Assembly (NCBI RefSeq): GCF_026210795.1
Contig: NC_089430.1
Span: forward strand, 3,720,001 to 3,784,000
Direction: 5' to 3'
Length of the DNA: 64,000 bases
DNA from: Rhizophagus irregularis
Lineage: Eukaryota
In this document: one piece after another, positions 1 to 14,262 of the stretch
Numbering within the stretch: the stretch's first letter is position 1
How the letters are laid out: each line of letters opens with the position of its first letter
The notes under the pieces: generated by a model
Told to the model about the DNA's origin: nothing
What the model saw: only the letters and a program-made list of their open reading frames with translations
The model's database searches: none
Translations under genes and position numbers: made by a program

Positions 1-1060
1 CATTTGTACGAAATATGGTTATTCGTGGCTTATAATATAAACCTCGTGGCTAATTTATTAACATATTATATAAATAATTAATTAGACTAGCTATTTTGTT
101 ACGTTCGTTAACTACCTTCTGCTTCAATCAAATTTATCTGTGTTTAGTTAAATTTACCTATGTTTAATTAAGTCGCTTTTCGCTCTGGACTCCCAATAGT
201 TCCTGTTCCCTAGTTATATAATTGATCACGTTTTCTTTCCTTATTTGGATAAACTATTGGACTTGGATTATTTGATTTTTCCTTTTGGCTTTATTACCTC
301 TACTACCGATATTAGAATAGTTTTGTTTTTTACTAACTCTTTGTAGTCAGTACTGGTCACTAGGCTTCTACATCTTCCACCCTATTTGCACCATAGTTTT
401 ATGATCAAAATTTTGTGACATATAGTTCATCACACGTTTAATTGGATATAGCATCTGAGATCTAGAGTTCGTAACAGCTTCTTCTTTTATTTTATTTTTC
501 TGGTGTTTGTAATAGTAGTTTTATTGTTATGTTATGTTCTTTTTTTGTAATCCAGTCCATGTTTCTTTTTGTGTGTTTTTATTTTATTCCTTTTTGAATT
601 TCATTTTTGCTCAATTAGGTATTTATCTATGAGCTTCTTAACCTTATGTAATAGTTATTCTTTATAGTTTATCTTTTTTTCTACTCCCTTTACGTAATTT
701 ATGTAAAGATTAATGGCATGTTTAAATTTACCAGTTGTCCACTCCTATTTGGCATTTTTTACAAAAGTTAAGTAGGAAGTAAATCTTATGTACAGTAGCG
801 TTTACTTTATTTGAAATATAGCTTAGAGGACGACACTTTGGATTATTTAGTCTGTAGTCTTTAGTTTTACTTTAGTTTATTTTCTGAATAGTTTGTAGTG
901 ATACTGTTATGTTGCTCTTACTTTTGTATCGTGCTATTTTAATGTTTATTTGTTTAATATTGAAATTCACTACTTAAATAAAATTTGTGACTATCATGAA
1001 TTGTTTGCATAGTTTTTGACCAGTGTTATTTTTGTAATTTTTATTTTTCAAAAAGGAAAT
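1..1060 (+). mobile_element. Possible heavily degraded retroelement (LINE-like) 3' remnant
   Basis: T-rich, no ORF of 60 aa or more, reads like eroded coding sequence ending in a T-rich tail. No diagnostic motif is readable. Confidence 0.2.
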
Positions 1061-2171
1061 TTTCGAATAATTATAAGTGTTGTAATATTACAACACTTTA
1101 ACTTTAAAAGTAGTACTAATAGGTTGCAACCCTTACTATTACAACACAAGATAGTAATTATCAATTATATATTACATTTTTAATATTGGCATCTATCAAT
1201 TCCTCATATAAAAAATCAAAATGATATAAATTTTTTATTTTCAAAAATTGGTTAATGCTTGCAAGAATTTCTTACGCCAATAATATTAAAAATGCATCAT
1301 AATGAGATGAATCAATCCTTATATTATGTGGCAAACCAGTTAATTTAAGATGTTGACGTACATGAGGTAAATTGTTAAGTAGATTTATTATGAGTATTTT
1401 ACATACAAATTTATTAATAATTACTAATAAACAATTTATCATATAGTGCAAAACCTCTATACTCAACTACTTATGTATAGTAACAATTGATTGATTATAA
1501 ATTCTTAAAAAAAAATTTTTTTATATTAAAGTAAAAAATTTAACCAATAATTTTTATAGATATGACTATTAGCTTTAAAAATTATCAGTTATTTTTTTTC
1601 TAAATTAAATTTTGGCTGAGTTTTAGCTGTTTAAAAATCTGTAATTTAAATATATTGATTAAATTTAGTCAAAATTGAGACTAATTTAAATTTTTGTATT
1701 ACAGGTTTTTTTAATCATATTAGTGTTCATCTGTTGTCTACGACAACAGTTAATATGTAATTCCGGCCAGAATTAAAAGATCTGCAAAGAATTTCCTTTT
1801 TTGGAAATTTGAGCAACACAATTTTTTTAATTTCTCTGAAAAGTAAGGGCGATGACATTTATTACGTAATATTTTAGGGGTGGGGGTCACGAAAAATCTT
1901 ACGTTAATATGGATCACGTGATATCATTAAAAGTATATAACCGATTTAGTGGCTTAGAATTTATTAGTCATTTGTGTTACTATGGTTTCCCACGTTAACA
2001 AAATAAAATTTGTTTTTAGGTCACTATTAATGGAAAAATTTTTCCTAGTTGTAATTGCGAATGCATTGATATTTTTCGTTTAATTACAATATTAATAAAG
2101 AGTTATTAAAAAAAAAAAAATTTTGTTTTATATCCATGCATTGTATTCGAGAAACAGTAAGCTATATACAA

Positions 2172-4419
2172 TCATTCATTATCTGACATATATTCCCTTA
2201 AACACATTTCGTTTTGTTGTGAAGTAAGAAGAGAGGAATCATCAAGAGAATTTGAATTATTCTTGGATTTTCCCTTAGGTCGTCCCCGGCTTGCTGGATG
2301 CATTGCTTTTTTATGTTTTGTCAAATAAGCAAGAGTTGGAAAGTATTTGTTACACACTGAGCAACAAAGGCGCGAATAGGTTGTTTGATCAAGCGACGGG
2401 CAATATGAATCATACCCAGGAATTTTCAAGAGGTCATAATACTCAAGAAGATATATGGAATTTGTGAAATGTCTGTCTTTAGCTTTCGTAATTGGGGGCA
2501 AAAAACCATTATTCAAGAGAAGAAGTTCTGTAGCTTCTTTTGCACGAGATGGCCCACAACAACTTGCATTTGTACAACGTTTAATATCGAGAGAATACTG
2601 ACATAAATTACAATGGTTTTCGATCCATGACCATGGAACAAAACATTCCGGTATGTCATTTTCATTTTCTTGTTTCTTCTTTTGTTGTTTTCGCTCTTCT
2701 TCTTTTTTCTTTGACTGTTCCCTCAAACTCTAGGTTTTCAAATGGATTAGTAAGCTCTTCAACATACTGTGCATCAACGCTTTTTCCAAAAATCAGATCT
2801 TTACGCCAAATATCGCAAAGTGATTCTCCAGCGTATTGAAAGTTTTAAAGAGCCAACTCCAGATCGATTACTTTGCCTTGTGTATTTAAGTGTGATCCAA
2901 AATGATCAACCGGTAGCATGATATCAGCCAACTTTCTGGATAGTGTTGCCATGCCTCTTTCAACCGGATTATACTTGGACTGACCTGAAGCATGTGTTCG
3001 CACAGTCAGGTAATCTAAGTCGAATTTTCAAAAAAGTTGGCAGTAGTTTTTAATGTTTTTTAGATGTCTTGGATTTTCGTCCAGACCTCCATCCACTAAT
3101 AATACCCAAATAGGTCGAACCTCCCCATTTGTTTTTAACACATCACTATATTTAGGATCCAAAGCAAGATTTTCGAGGTCTTGTATATGTGAGAGCGAGG
3201 ATGTACCAAGGGACCATTGACAACGTACAAAGATGGCAAGTTATCCCGTTCGTAACTCATCGTTCGATTCATTTGGTTTCATCATAAGGTAAACTGATGG
3301 AACTAACTTCTGCCCACTTCCTAGAGAAAAATCATCGTTGGCCAGCCACACCTAACCGGTATGCATTGCAAAGTGCGAAATGTCTGACCTACAGCGGGTA
3401 CTCCAAGACCTATCTTCGCCTTATCATCTTGCGAAATAATAACAGCTTTGTCGGCAAAAACGGTGGCAAATTGTCTTGCGCTTTTAACAGATGCAAGGCA
3501 ATAATGACCATCAGGATGATCTCGTATTTTGGTACGTGAGACACCAGCTACTGCGACCCATGCTGGATGATGATGTGCTCTTGCAGCGATGGAGTTGGAT
3601 TGCTGAGGCAACAAGTAATTGTTCAATGTGGTTTTCGCCATATAAATGTGATAATTTTCTTCAAGGGTTTTGCGCAAATTTTTAATGATCTGGACTTTGA
3701 CAACTTCTCTTTGTCGTTTTTCGTCAGCCGCTCCAAATTCGATCGAATCATGGATATGATCATGTAAATTCGGATGTTCAAAAAGAAGTGAAGGACGACC
3801 AGGTTTGTCATATTGTATTACTTCCTGATTTTCGTTAAGTATTTTTCTTTTTTTTTCTCTGCACTTTTGAGAATAACTAGCATTTTTCTTTAATTTAATG
3901 ATTCTCTCCTTATTAGATCTGATTTCATCTCAAAGATCTCCTATTTTTTTATAAGTATCAAGCCAAAATTGAGAATCGGTTGTGATGTTGTAGATCTGCT
4001 CAAACTCGGTAAGCTTTTTTTCAGCTATTTGTATCTCGTTTGCTGCCTTTTTTTGAGCTGATGCATTAACAGAGATTTCCTGAACAGGATCCACTGTATG
4101 AAACGTGAAAAGATTTAGAAGGGATTCTTCTCTAGACCCGGATGATTTTGACCTTACTGTTTGTATATCACATAGATTATATGGCGTGGCCAGGTAACCT
4201 CTAATAATGTCATCAATTTCCGGTTTATCCTTTCTTTTAATATTGTTCCATTCTTTAGTTGCTGATTCATAAAGTTCAGCGCGGTTAGGGTCACCGTTTC
4301 CAGTCTTAACCATAACTATATACGTAAGTATTGGTGAATTCCTGGTACTTATTTGTTTGTAAATTATAAATCGGTTTCTTATTAAACTTGGGGCTAAGAA
4401 AGAAGGTTTGACGGTTCAT
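2172..4419 (-). pseudogene. Zator DDE transposase pseudogene with C-terminal C2H2 finger
   Basis: Fragments read ISQDDKAKIGLG, LLVDGGLDENPRH, HASGQSKYNPVERGMATLS and CSVCNKYFPTLAYLTKHKKAMH. Interrupted by frameshifts and in-frame TAA/TGA stops (near 3241 and 3028). Confidence 0.85.
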
Positions 4420-4909
4420 TTTAAGCTGTAACTACTCAAGTTTCTTGTATTTTAATGTTAATAAAGAAAACAGCTTGCAAAGTTTTGGGAATATAAAATG
4501 GGAAAAGATTTATTGACGTGTTGAGAGTTTAAAACCTAAATATAACTGGATGAAGTTTTGCGGCAAATTCAATTTCTCCTTTTGTAATGAGAAAATGCGA
4601 ATCGCAACTACAAACAGTAATAGGTGTTGCAATCGCTATACTATATATTTCATGGAATATCATTGATTCATTTGTGATTAATGTCATATTTTGATTATAC
4701 GGACGTTTAAGATTTTTGGACTTGTTATTTTAGAATTTAAGAATGTGGGGAATTGAGAATTTTATATATATAAACTTGTGAATATAAATAAAATGGATAA
4801 AATTTTTATATCAAACATTGTTTCATATCATTTTTATTTATCGTGTTTTATAGTATTAAAAATAATGAAATTGAATTTTAAACCGATTATTTTTTTTTAA
4901 AAAAAAAAA

Positions 4910-4948
4910 CCGATGAAATACTGATGAAATACTGATGAAATATTGATG
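4910..4948 (+). repeat. 11-bp tandem repeat (CYGATGAAATA x3.5), subterminal in the Zator element
   Basis: ccgatgaaata ctgatgaaata ctgatgaaata ttgatg read directly. Confidence 0.8.
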
Positions 4949-5759
4949 CACGATTCTATAAAAGGAAAGTGATCTACAGTCACGTGATCACAATATCTTA
5001 CCTGGGGGTGGGGTAAGCGTCTATAATAAAATAATATTACGTAATATATGTCACCACCCTAACAGAAGACAAAATTTCCTTTTTTCGCCAGAAATAAAAT
5101 TGCTTTTTTTGGTCTTGTGTAATATTGGTGACGAATAGGAGTATGGTTACACAATTCAAATGACTTATTTATATGGTTAATCTAAACATAACGCCCACGT
5201 GATTGCAGTGTTTTTTAATATATAGATTTAATGTACAGATTTTTTTTTTAATATGCCAAGAAGAAAAAAAATTTTAAAACTGCAAAAAAAGATTTAATAA
5301 ATAAAGTTGTTTAAATATAGATCAATTTAATGTTATAGATGATAATTATATACTACCATCAAGTGAATATTTAAAAGACAGTTCAGATGAATTTATAAAT
5401 GAAAAAATTCAAAAACTAAGTAATTTTACTTTAATTTGGTCAAAAAATACATATAATAAAATATAAATTTCATCATCGTATACCTAATTCATCAGTTTAT
5501 AATGAAATACAATAAATAAATAAATTTTATAAATTTTATATCATATAACTTATAAAATCCTAATTTCTGATTGTTTAATATATGTATCACGTGATGCTTA
5601 CATAATCTGAAAAATTGAGACTTTTTTTTTATTTTATAAATCAATTCCATTTAATAAATAGAGTTTAATTTTTTTTATAAAATTAAAATCCAATCATAAA
5701 ATCAAATTTTATTTAAATTTTTTTAAGTTCCTATTATAGAGCGTATAATTACTATATAG

Positions 5760-6672
5760 GAAGAATCATTTGAAGTTACAACTGAACAATTATCTGGTGA
5801 TATTCTGAATGCCACTTTGAATCAATTGTTAGATCGCCTAATATAAGGAAAATATGGACTATTAAAGTTGGCAATTCATTGGATATCAAACACCATGTTT
5901 TATTATTACAAAATCAAGGTTATTTGTGTTCATATCTCTCTATTGTGCAAAATGGAATTGTATGTAGTAGACATTACTTTCAGGTAATGTTGGTGACTAA
6001 AACAGCATTTTTTCATGTACAATTTATTCCTTCTTGATGGTATGATGACAACAAAGATGTTAAAAAAGCTATGCAAGAACTGTTTTTAGTTGCTGACAAA
6101 TTTATATATGAAAATATCACTTATAATTATGATGGATTTTCCGATTCTAATATGACTTTATGTTTATTTAATCAATACAATAATGAGTTTTGTGAAGATA
6201 GACAAACAATTATGGAACAGAAACTCATCTATGGAAAATTACATGGAATGTATAAAAAAGTGTTAAACAAGGTTTTAGGATCTAATTCTAAATCAGAACA
6301 GCTTATCAATCTGTTACAAGAATTCATGGAAGATGGGGAATCAGATTTCGAAGAGTTGAATGAAATTAATGAAATTAATCCAGAGGATGAAATAAGTGAT
6401 TAAGAAAATGTTGATCCTTTAACGCCAACATTGCGAAATCCGAAGAAAAGATGTGGTAAAGGACGACCATTGGGTACTAAAAGGTTCAAGTCATCCACTG
6501 AGGCTCCTAAACCTAAGTCAAGAAACCAACGACATTGCAGAAAATGTGGAAAGGTTGGCCACTATCAAAAAAATTGCAAGGTACTATATCATCAGAGTAT
6601 GTAAATATTATGGTTTCTTACGCAAGTTACATTAAATTTTATTTCTATAACTAGGAACAAGAAATTTAACAT
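5760..6672 (+). pseudogene. MULE/FAR1-like transposase 3' remnant (SWIM finger plus CCHC knuckle)
   Basis: Translation gives a decayed SWIM finger (YLCSYLSIVQNGIVC..RHYFQVML) and KGRPLGTKRFKSS...RHCRKCGKVGHYQKNCK (GRP..KR plus zinc knuckle typical of Mutator transposases). Contains stops and frameshifts. Confidence 0.75.
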
Positions 6673-7814
6673 CCGTATGTGAAAGTTGGTCGGGAATAAT
6701 TAATTAGAATGCATGAATAGAAATAATGTATCAATAGAAAAAATGTATTAATTGAAAGAATGTATCGTATCAATAGAAAAGATAATAGTAATATGTTAAT
6801 AATTGTTAATAATTAATTTGTATAGTTATTGCTTTACTTTAATAAAAATAACGATAAACTAATCACATGATAATAGTCTAAACACGTGACATTTGAGGAC
6901 TAGCGAATATATCGCCGTAGCGATAAAAAAAAAAAATCCATAATTTTATACAATTTCAATAACTTGAGGTTAGGTTTGCATTAGTTACACCTATAATTAA
7001 CCACCTTGCCAAAAAAACCGAATATTTTTATTTTATATGTTATTAATTTTAATAATATATTGATAGAATATTGTGAATAAGACACCTTTATAAATTTTTT
7101 TTTTAAACTAAATGATTTTTTATATACATATATATGTATAGTCATCCTGCGACCAAAAAAAAAAGAAAATAATAATATATAAAGAAGTTAATTTTTTTTT
7201 CTTCATCGTGGTGAAACGTCTCAAAGTTGCTTAAAAATGGAATATCCGGTTTTCCTTTTCTTTAAAAAAAAAAAAAAAGAGAAAAAGAAACCCGCAAAAA
7301 AGAGTATATCCTAAGGACATACAAAAATAAAGGACAAAATGTGCCTTTCCAAAAATTAAAAAATGGAGCAAATTCTTTCCGATTGTGTAAATTAAGAAAG
7401 AAATATTATTTCTTATATATTATTATATATTAGATTATTATTCATTAACGGAAGGAAAGGTAATAATAAAGAAAGGGGGATAATTTTCTGCATAGTAATT
7501 GAGAAAAAAAGGGAAAATGCTGGGATGGAAATGTAAAATATTACAAGAAAAAAAAAACAATGAATAAAAAAAAATTTTTGAAATGCTTTTTTTTTGTCAA
7601 CGAAAAATCTGAGTGGAATTTCATGAATCTTCACCGAATATCGTAAGTGTGGATTTTTTTTCCATTAAAGTTTTGTAGTAGCTATATGTAAAACAATAAA
7701 TCTCGGCCACCATATATAATTATCATAATAAAATAGAAATTAAAAAATAAAATAAAATAAAAATTATAATCGACTCAGAACTACAAGTCTTATAAACTCC
7801 AAACAAAGAATATC

Positions 7815-9298
7815 TTAAACAAAATTTCCACCGTCTATTTGACCACTTCTTCTTCTATTACTATAATTTTCATTATCCATCGGTAATTGATGATACCCTA
7901 TATTATCACTACCATAACTGACAGAGCGTTTACTTCTTCGTCTTCTATGTCGGTGCTCTGGATCACGTAAAATATACCATTGTACAAGTATTGTACCATC
8001 AAATACTAATGTGCCAATGGATCCTAATATATAGGGAATTTCTCTGCGAAAATAGTCTGGGTTCGTTCTTGATTCCGGATTTACGATGATTGATGTGGTA
8101 TAAGACAAATTGGCAAGGACTGCGAATATAAACATAAAAACAGAAAGTCCTTCGACTGATCTTCTTGTATACTATGAAATAAAGGAAAATTTTTTTTTTT
8201 TAGAAAAACATCTTATTTACTACATATATATATTATTTATAATTAAAAACATACATTTTTCCATATTTGTGGCATTCTACTAGTCAAATATAATACTGTG
8301 CAAATCCAAGCCATAATTCTTCCTATGGACTCATAATTACGTTCAAAAAAAGATTTTATATATCCGCCAAATGACATTTCATCATCATGAATGGTGGAAT
8401 GATATGGTAGAGATGTGGAAAAAGACGACGATATGGAGGAAGTAGAATGAAATGTGAAGAGAAGTACAGCAAATACCATTGACGATCTAAATATAAAATA
8501 AATATAATAATGATTATAACATTCACGTGATCTAAAGTAATAAAATATATATTCAAAAAGCTCTTACAGTCGTTGATGGGAATGATTCTTTCTTGTAGGA
8601 AAAGTGTAACTCTTTTTTGCACCTTCTAGTATAGAGTCTTTAAACGACTGAATAGATAGAGGTCTAACCGGTATATCCTCACCAGATTCAGTTATTATTG
8701 TTGAAATTCGGAACCATGTATAATAAAAATATTGAAAAAATAGAAAAAGATCTACGGTACAAAAATATGCGGCGAGATATATCTATGAAAAGAGGAATTA
8801 ATATATGTATGTGTATATACGTACATGTAATTACAATAATAAAATATAAATTTTGTTTACTTGAAATTTTAATTGCTTTGTCAATATCCCTCCCAATAAA
8901 TTGGTAATATCACCTAGTAGCCAATTTACAAGAAACGGTAAACTAAGTCCTTCTACCGATTTATTTTTATAATTTGTTATAATTTGTCTGGAGGAAAAGG
9001 CAAACAATTAGTTTAATCCATAGATCGATTCGAATTAAATAAAAAAAAACAGTGAAACGTACGGAAGTTGAGCGTTCAGCCAACATGCTAGAGTTAAATA
9101 TCCTGTAAAAATATGTAAGTAAAAAAAAATATTTAGAAACCGAATATCGTACGAAACATATCACAAATAAATCTAATAACTACCCAAAAAAACACTAACT
9201 GCTTCCTGGCTGTTATATATGCAAGAACCAAAAATTGTATGTATCCACTGTATATACGCTATTCCGTCAGACGATATTGAATTACAAATGTCGGACAT
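7815..9298 (-). CDS. PQ-loop repeat vacuolar cationic amino-acid transporter (YPQ/PQLC2-like), multi-exon
   Basis: Spliced exons give MSDICNSISSDGIAYIQWIHTIFGSC...WLNAQLP/QIITNYKNKSVEGLSLPFLVNWLLGD, a second PQ loop YLTSRMPQIWKN...SVEGLSVFMFIFAVLAN, and EIPYILGSIGTLVFD. Introns are canonical GT-AG. Confidence 0.9.
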
Positions 9299-11889
9299 TA
9301 TATTATTAAATAATTTTTCTCTTAGAAACAATAACTATTTATCGGTATCGTTTTACACAGACTCAAAATAAAGGTAACGTTAAAAAGAAGAGTAAAGGAA
9401 GGATGGTGGCCGAGATAAAAAAAATTAAAAAAAAAGTACACGCAGACAGAGGTAAGGTTTAAAAAAAAAAAATTTAATTAAAAAAAGAGAAACCAAAAAA
9501 AGAAAAGGGGGGCTAAATGAGGTAGTTATAAAATGTGATAACGATAGCGATGATAAAACTTTTTCCAAAGATAGGGGTCGGAAAAAAAAAATAATAAATA
9601 TATTGTAAAAAAATTTTTTTTTTATTATTATAATTACTGAGTTTATATGCTCCTTACCAGCTGACCAGTATTTTATCAATATAATTTATGAATATAATGC
9701 AATGTTTTAAGAATCTAATTTTTTCGCAACTTGCATTATGACGACGGACGTTTAAAAACAGATACGCAGATTACAGATTATGGTACAACATCACATAGTG
9801 ATAATAATAGGTTTAAAACTATTGTTTGTCAAATGATCAATTGAGATAATTTGAGATGCATGTTGGTTCTTTACTCATATGACGAACGGAGATAATTAAA
9901 AATAATAATCCCATAGTAAACTGTAAAGTTCACATGAGAAAAAATTTGAGATTGAAATCGTGAGGTAACATTGCACAGAACAAGCCACAAATTTTCATTT
10001 TCGCTCGAGGCTTTTATTTTTTTTTTTTTAATTTTGAGAATTCCTGCATTATTTAATTCTCATAGATATATTGTGTTTTAAGCAAATAAGAATTTATGAA
10101 AACTAAAATAGGATATTTTTAAATCACGAATTTGTTCATTTCGAGAAATCAGTAAGTATTATAACTGACCAAAGAGCAAGAATGACAAACAAAAACTTTC
10201 TTCTATCAAGTGACTAGGTTCAATATTTATAATGCGTCAACGCGCCGTTTTATTTACACCACGTGCGTAAAGAATAATGCGCATATATGCAATATAATTA
10301 CATTTTTAGTCTAGCCTTTTAAGAATCAGCGTCTTCATTTTGATTGGTATTTGATTATTGGATGAATTGATAAAAAAACCCTTGCATGTAGATTTGTTAT
10401 CGTAATATCTGACAAATCCAGGAATTAAACTAGTTTGATGATATGTTTTTTCAATGGTGAAATATACGTGTAATAAACATTTGTTGAATATCCGAAATCC
10501 GAATATTCGAAAGGAGAACACGTGATCAATAATAAAACTTTAGAATTCACGCGTGAAGGGATGGCTCAGCGACAAATTCGGAAGCAATAACACATGAAAC
10601 AAATATATATATATATATATATATCTGAATAAAATATACAGTATACTGTACCGAAATTTTGTAGATTTCAAAAAACGTGATCCTTATCTCGTAAATAAAG
10701 TTTATGTGATTATTGTATTGTAAGATTGTGAGATTGTGTGATAAATACGAGTTAACGAGTTTTTTTTTTTGTTTATATATTATATACAGTATATATATTT
10801 ATATAGCGCGTACGGCGTTACCCCTGAAGATCTTACAGATCTCATGAAGTGAATGTGATGTCGTTGTTCAATATAAACGATAGCTACAATAAAAATACAA
10901 TAATAAATATTAGAGCTATTTCACCCAAAAAATGATGATCATTATCAAAAAAGAAGGAAAATAAATTTTAGTATTTATCGCGTAAAATTGTAAAATTGAT
11001 GTTATAAAAGATAAAGCGAATTAATTGAACACAAGCTCCTAATTATTCCGATATGTAGTTGATAAACGAAACTGATAAAATTACGTGTCAAGCGATCGAT
11101 AAATTTATTAGACGCATTGTCATTGTTTCACACACGAAGATTTAGCAAGCTGTAATATTATATAATCAGAATTATAATGATTTGGACCTGAGTTCACGCT
11201 ATCCCTAATAACGATTATGAGTATAATATATATAAATCGACGATGTAACTTCCAAAATCTAAATTATCATATGAACTAATTCAAGTAAAATTCGCGCCTA
11301 ATGAATAAAAAGAGAATTATAATATGAAACATATCCTCATGTATTTCATTTTTTTATTACCCCACATAATTTTCATTAAATTCCTTTTCTTTCCGGTAGA
11401 TCTTTAAGTTTTTTTGCCCCACTAATTTATTTTCCAAAAAAATTAAAAAAATCAAAAGATCATTTTCCCTCATTATAAATTACCAATAAAGAATGCTTGT
11501 GATTAAAATCACATTTTTTACCTTAATGAGCAATGAGTTCACATATTAAGAAAGATATTGAACAAACAACATACAGTGATGCACGTAATGACTCAAAACT
11601 GCGGCAGTGACGTTTGCAAATTTACATTCAAACTGGTTTTGGTTTTACAATGGAAAATGAAATTAATTTCATTTAACATTTTTAGAATCTGGAAAAAAAA
11701 AAGAGAAAATTTTTATAAGACTTCGTCATTTTTTTTACTTCTTTAATCTCTTTAAAAAAATATATATATATATCTGATCACCGCAGTAACTTGCAAAATC
11801 GAAAAAAATTTAGAAGACTTTCTTTTTATACCCACAATTTATATACCACATACCTTTTTTTTTTTACTTGTAAACCTACACCCTACAAA

Positions 11890-13831
11890 ATGTCATCACA
11901 AACCGATACAGTCAACAATAAAACTTCAGTGTCCAATCTAGATAACAAAACTTCCTCATCTAAAGTCCCTTTAAAGGAACCAACACTTAAACTTAATATG
12001 GAAGAATACCGTGAAATGAAGAGACTTAAGGCTGTTGGTGACGTGACTGCCATCGAAAATTTAGAAAAGAAGGTTCGTCAACGTATGGAGTTGGAGTTAG
12101 CTTCAGGTAAAATTTTATATATAATTTATTTTTTATTTCTTTATTTTATTTTTTAATCAGCAAATTTAACTATAAAATGGAACATTGCCATCAAAAATTC
12201 TAGATCCTACAAGAACCGCAACAACTTCTATGAGTAATAAGAAGACAGCTACTTCAAAACAAGTCAAGTCAACAATTACAACAACATCAAGTCCTAGCGG
12301 CAATGTTTCCGTCAAAAATGACAAAACCGCTGTAGTAAATCATAAAAGAATAGAAACTAATGTGTCGACTTCTAAAAATGGTAATATGGTAAGTAGCGAG
12401 GACAAGAAAGTTTCTGTTAAGAAAACAAAGCCAAATACTACAACGACTTTAAAAAGTACCAGTGAAATTTTGACTATTAACAAAGAAAAACAGAAAGAAA
12501 AATCAAAACCTTCCGGATTAACATCTAAAATTAACTATGGACCTAACAAAGAGAAATCTGCCGCCATTCGTCAAGAAAATTTAATATCCTCGACATCAAC
12601 TTCAAAAGTTACTAAAGGTATTTTGCTTAATAACAAAGGCAGACAAACTAGTGTTAATAAAGATGTGACAGGAAACAAAGTTCCATCAAGCACGAGTGCA
12701 AACAAATCAGTACTAAAATTTGAAAAATATGTTGAGCGATGGAAATCATATCGAGAAAGGGATGAGAAATATAAGCCTTTGGAATTATTTTTACCACCAG
12801 AAATTTTAAATGATAAAAATAGGATGATCACTATAGAAAAAATTGCGAAAGAATTTGAATTGGAAAGGCTTCGAAAGCTTTTAAAGCAAGATATGGAAAA
12901 ACCAAACGGTAATAAGAAACTAGCTCAAAAGAGAATTGAAAAATTTAATAATTATGGCAAAACTTACACCCGATTAGAAATCGCTGCTGCTAGGAATGAG
13001 GAAGGCCCGAAAACAGATCAGAAAATTCGTGCACATATAGCTTTTCTTAATGAAAAAAATATTATTAATAAAAAAATAACCTCGTTAGATGTTATCGCAG
13101 ACCCTCATTATTTGAAAAAAGGGTTAGAACAATTTCAAAAATTTTTGCAACATAAAGAAATGGAAAGGAAAAGAAAACTTAAAGGAACATGGGAATTCAA
13201 TCGCCAAGAAAAATTGGAAGAAGAAAGGAAACGCAAACGCCAACAAACATTGGAAATAGAAAAAAAAAGTGAAAAACTGGGAGGAAAACTTGCAGAGCAA
13301 AAACGTCATCATGAAAGTGTAGCAGAAACAAAGAGGCGTCAAGAAATAGAAAGGGAGCGGGCACGCAGAGTCTCCAAAGCGGAAGTTCAACATCGACATA
13401 ATCGAATGGAAGACTTGCGTTCCAAAAATAGTAATGCTTCAAAGAAAACAATGACAAATAGAAGTGAGGCTACAAAATCAACTTCACTTAAGAAAAGAAC
13501 ATTTGATGAACGTTCAGAAGTTTCACCTTCTTCTCGAGCACAAAAAAGAAGAAATGTTGGGAGTAATGAACTCGATATTTGTAGATTGGATGAAGCAACA
13601 GTTAACCGGAATCTGTCCTCGATTATCCATTCAATAGTTCGTCCTGGAAGACGACCAATATATGGGATGATAGACGATCATGATGACGACGCAATGGAGG
13701 TGTCTGGATATGAGGTTCTTCGTGAAGAAGCACGCAGCTCCCGTCTTGCGAAGAAAGAAGATGATGATGAAGAACGCGCGGAACAGCAGCGACGCCTTAG
13801 AAAGCTTAATAAAAAAAAGGTCCGGGGTTAA
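11890..13831 (+). CDS. SPT2-like chromatin protein (one intron, about 12108-12204)
   Basis: Long K/S/T-rich ORF ending in DDDAMEVSGYEVLREEARSSRLAKKEDDDEERAEQQRRLRK, which resembles the SPT2 C-terminal signature. Confidence 0.7.
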
Positions 13832-14262
13832 TGCAGAGATTTAATGCATAATAGTATTTCTTTCACAAACTATTACATAAAACCATTATTATTATTATTA
13901 TTATTATTCTATATTATATAGAGGTTGAATTTAAAGCAAGTAAAGATTATTATTATTAAACAAGTCAGTAATTAATTTACATATCGCAACAATAATCATA
14001 TCGAATAAAAAAAAATGTATATATTTGTGGGTTCAATTGTAATATTTGTAAAAAAGTATAAAAGTAGATAATAAACTGAAAGGAAAAAAATAGTAATCCT
14101 AGAACATTAGATAGTTAAACATTTTTGTATATAAATAAAATAAAATAAGTGCCATATCTGCCATATCAGATATCTGATATTTTTTTTTTGCTTGATTAAG
14201 TCACGTGAATTACTTTAGTGATAAAACTATTGCTGTTTAGTTTTAGTAAGGCTTTCTTAACT

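Larger units (their letters stand above)
1847..5059 (-). mobile_element. Full-length Zator-superfamily DNA transposon (inactivated)
   Basis: 27-bp TIRs GGGCGATGACATTTATTACGTAATATT (1847-1873) and the reverse complement of 5033-5059 (GGGTGGTGACATATATTACGTAATATT), 3 mismatches. TAA on both sides (1844-1846, 5060-5062). GG termini, a 3-bp TWA TSD and the transposase motifs match Zator. Confidence 0.85.

Noticed and set aside
9425..11746. Short F/L/I/K-rich ORFs in intergenic DNA
   Set aside because: They arise from poly(A)/poly(T) tracts and have no splice or domain support.
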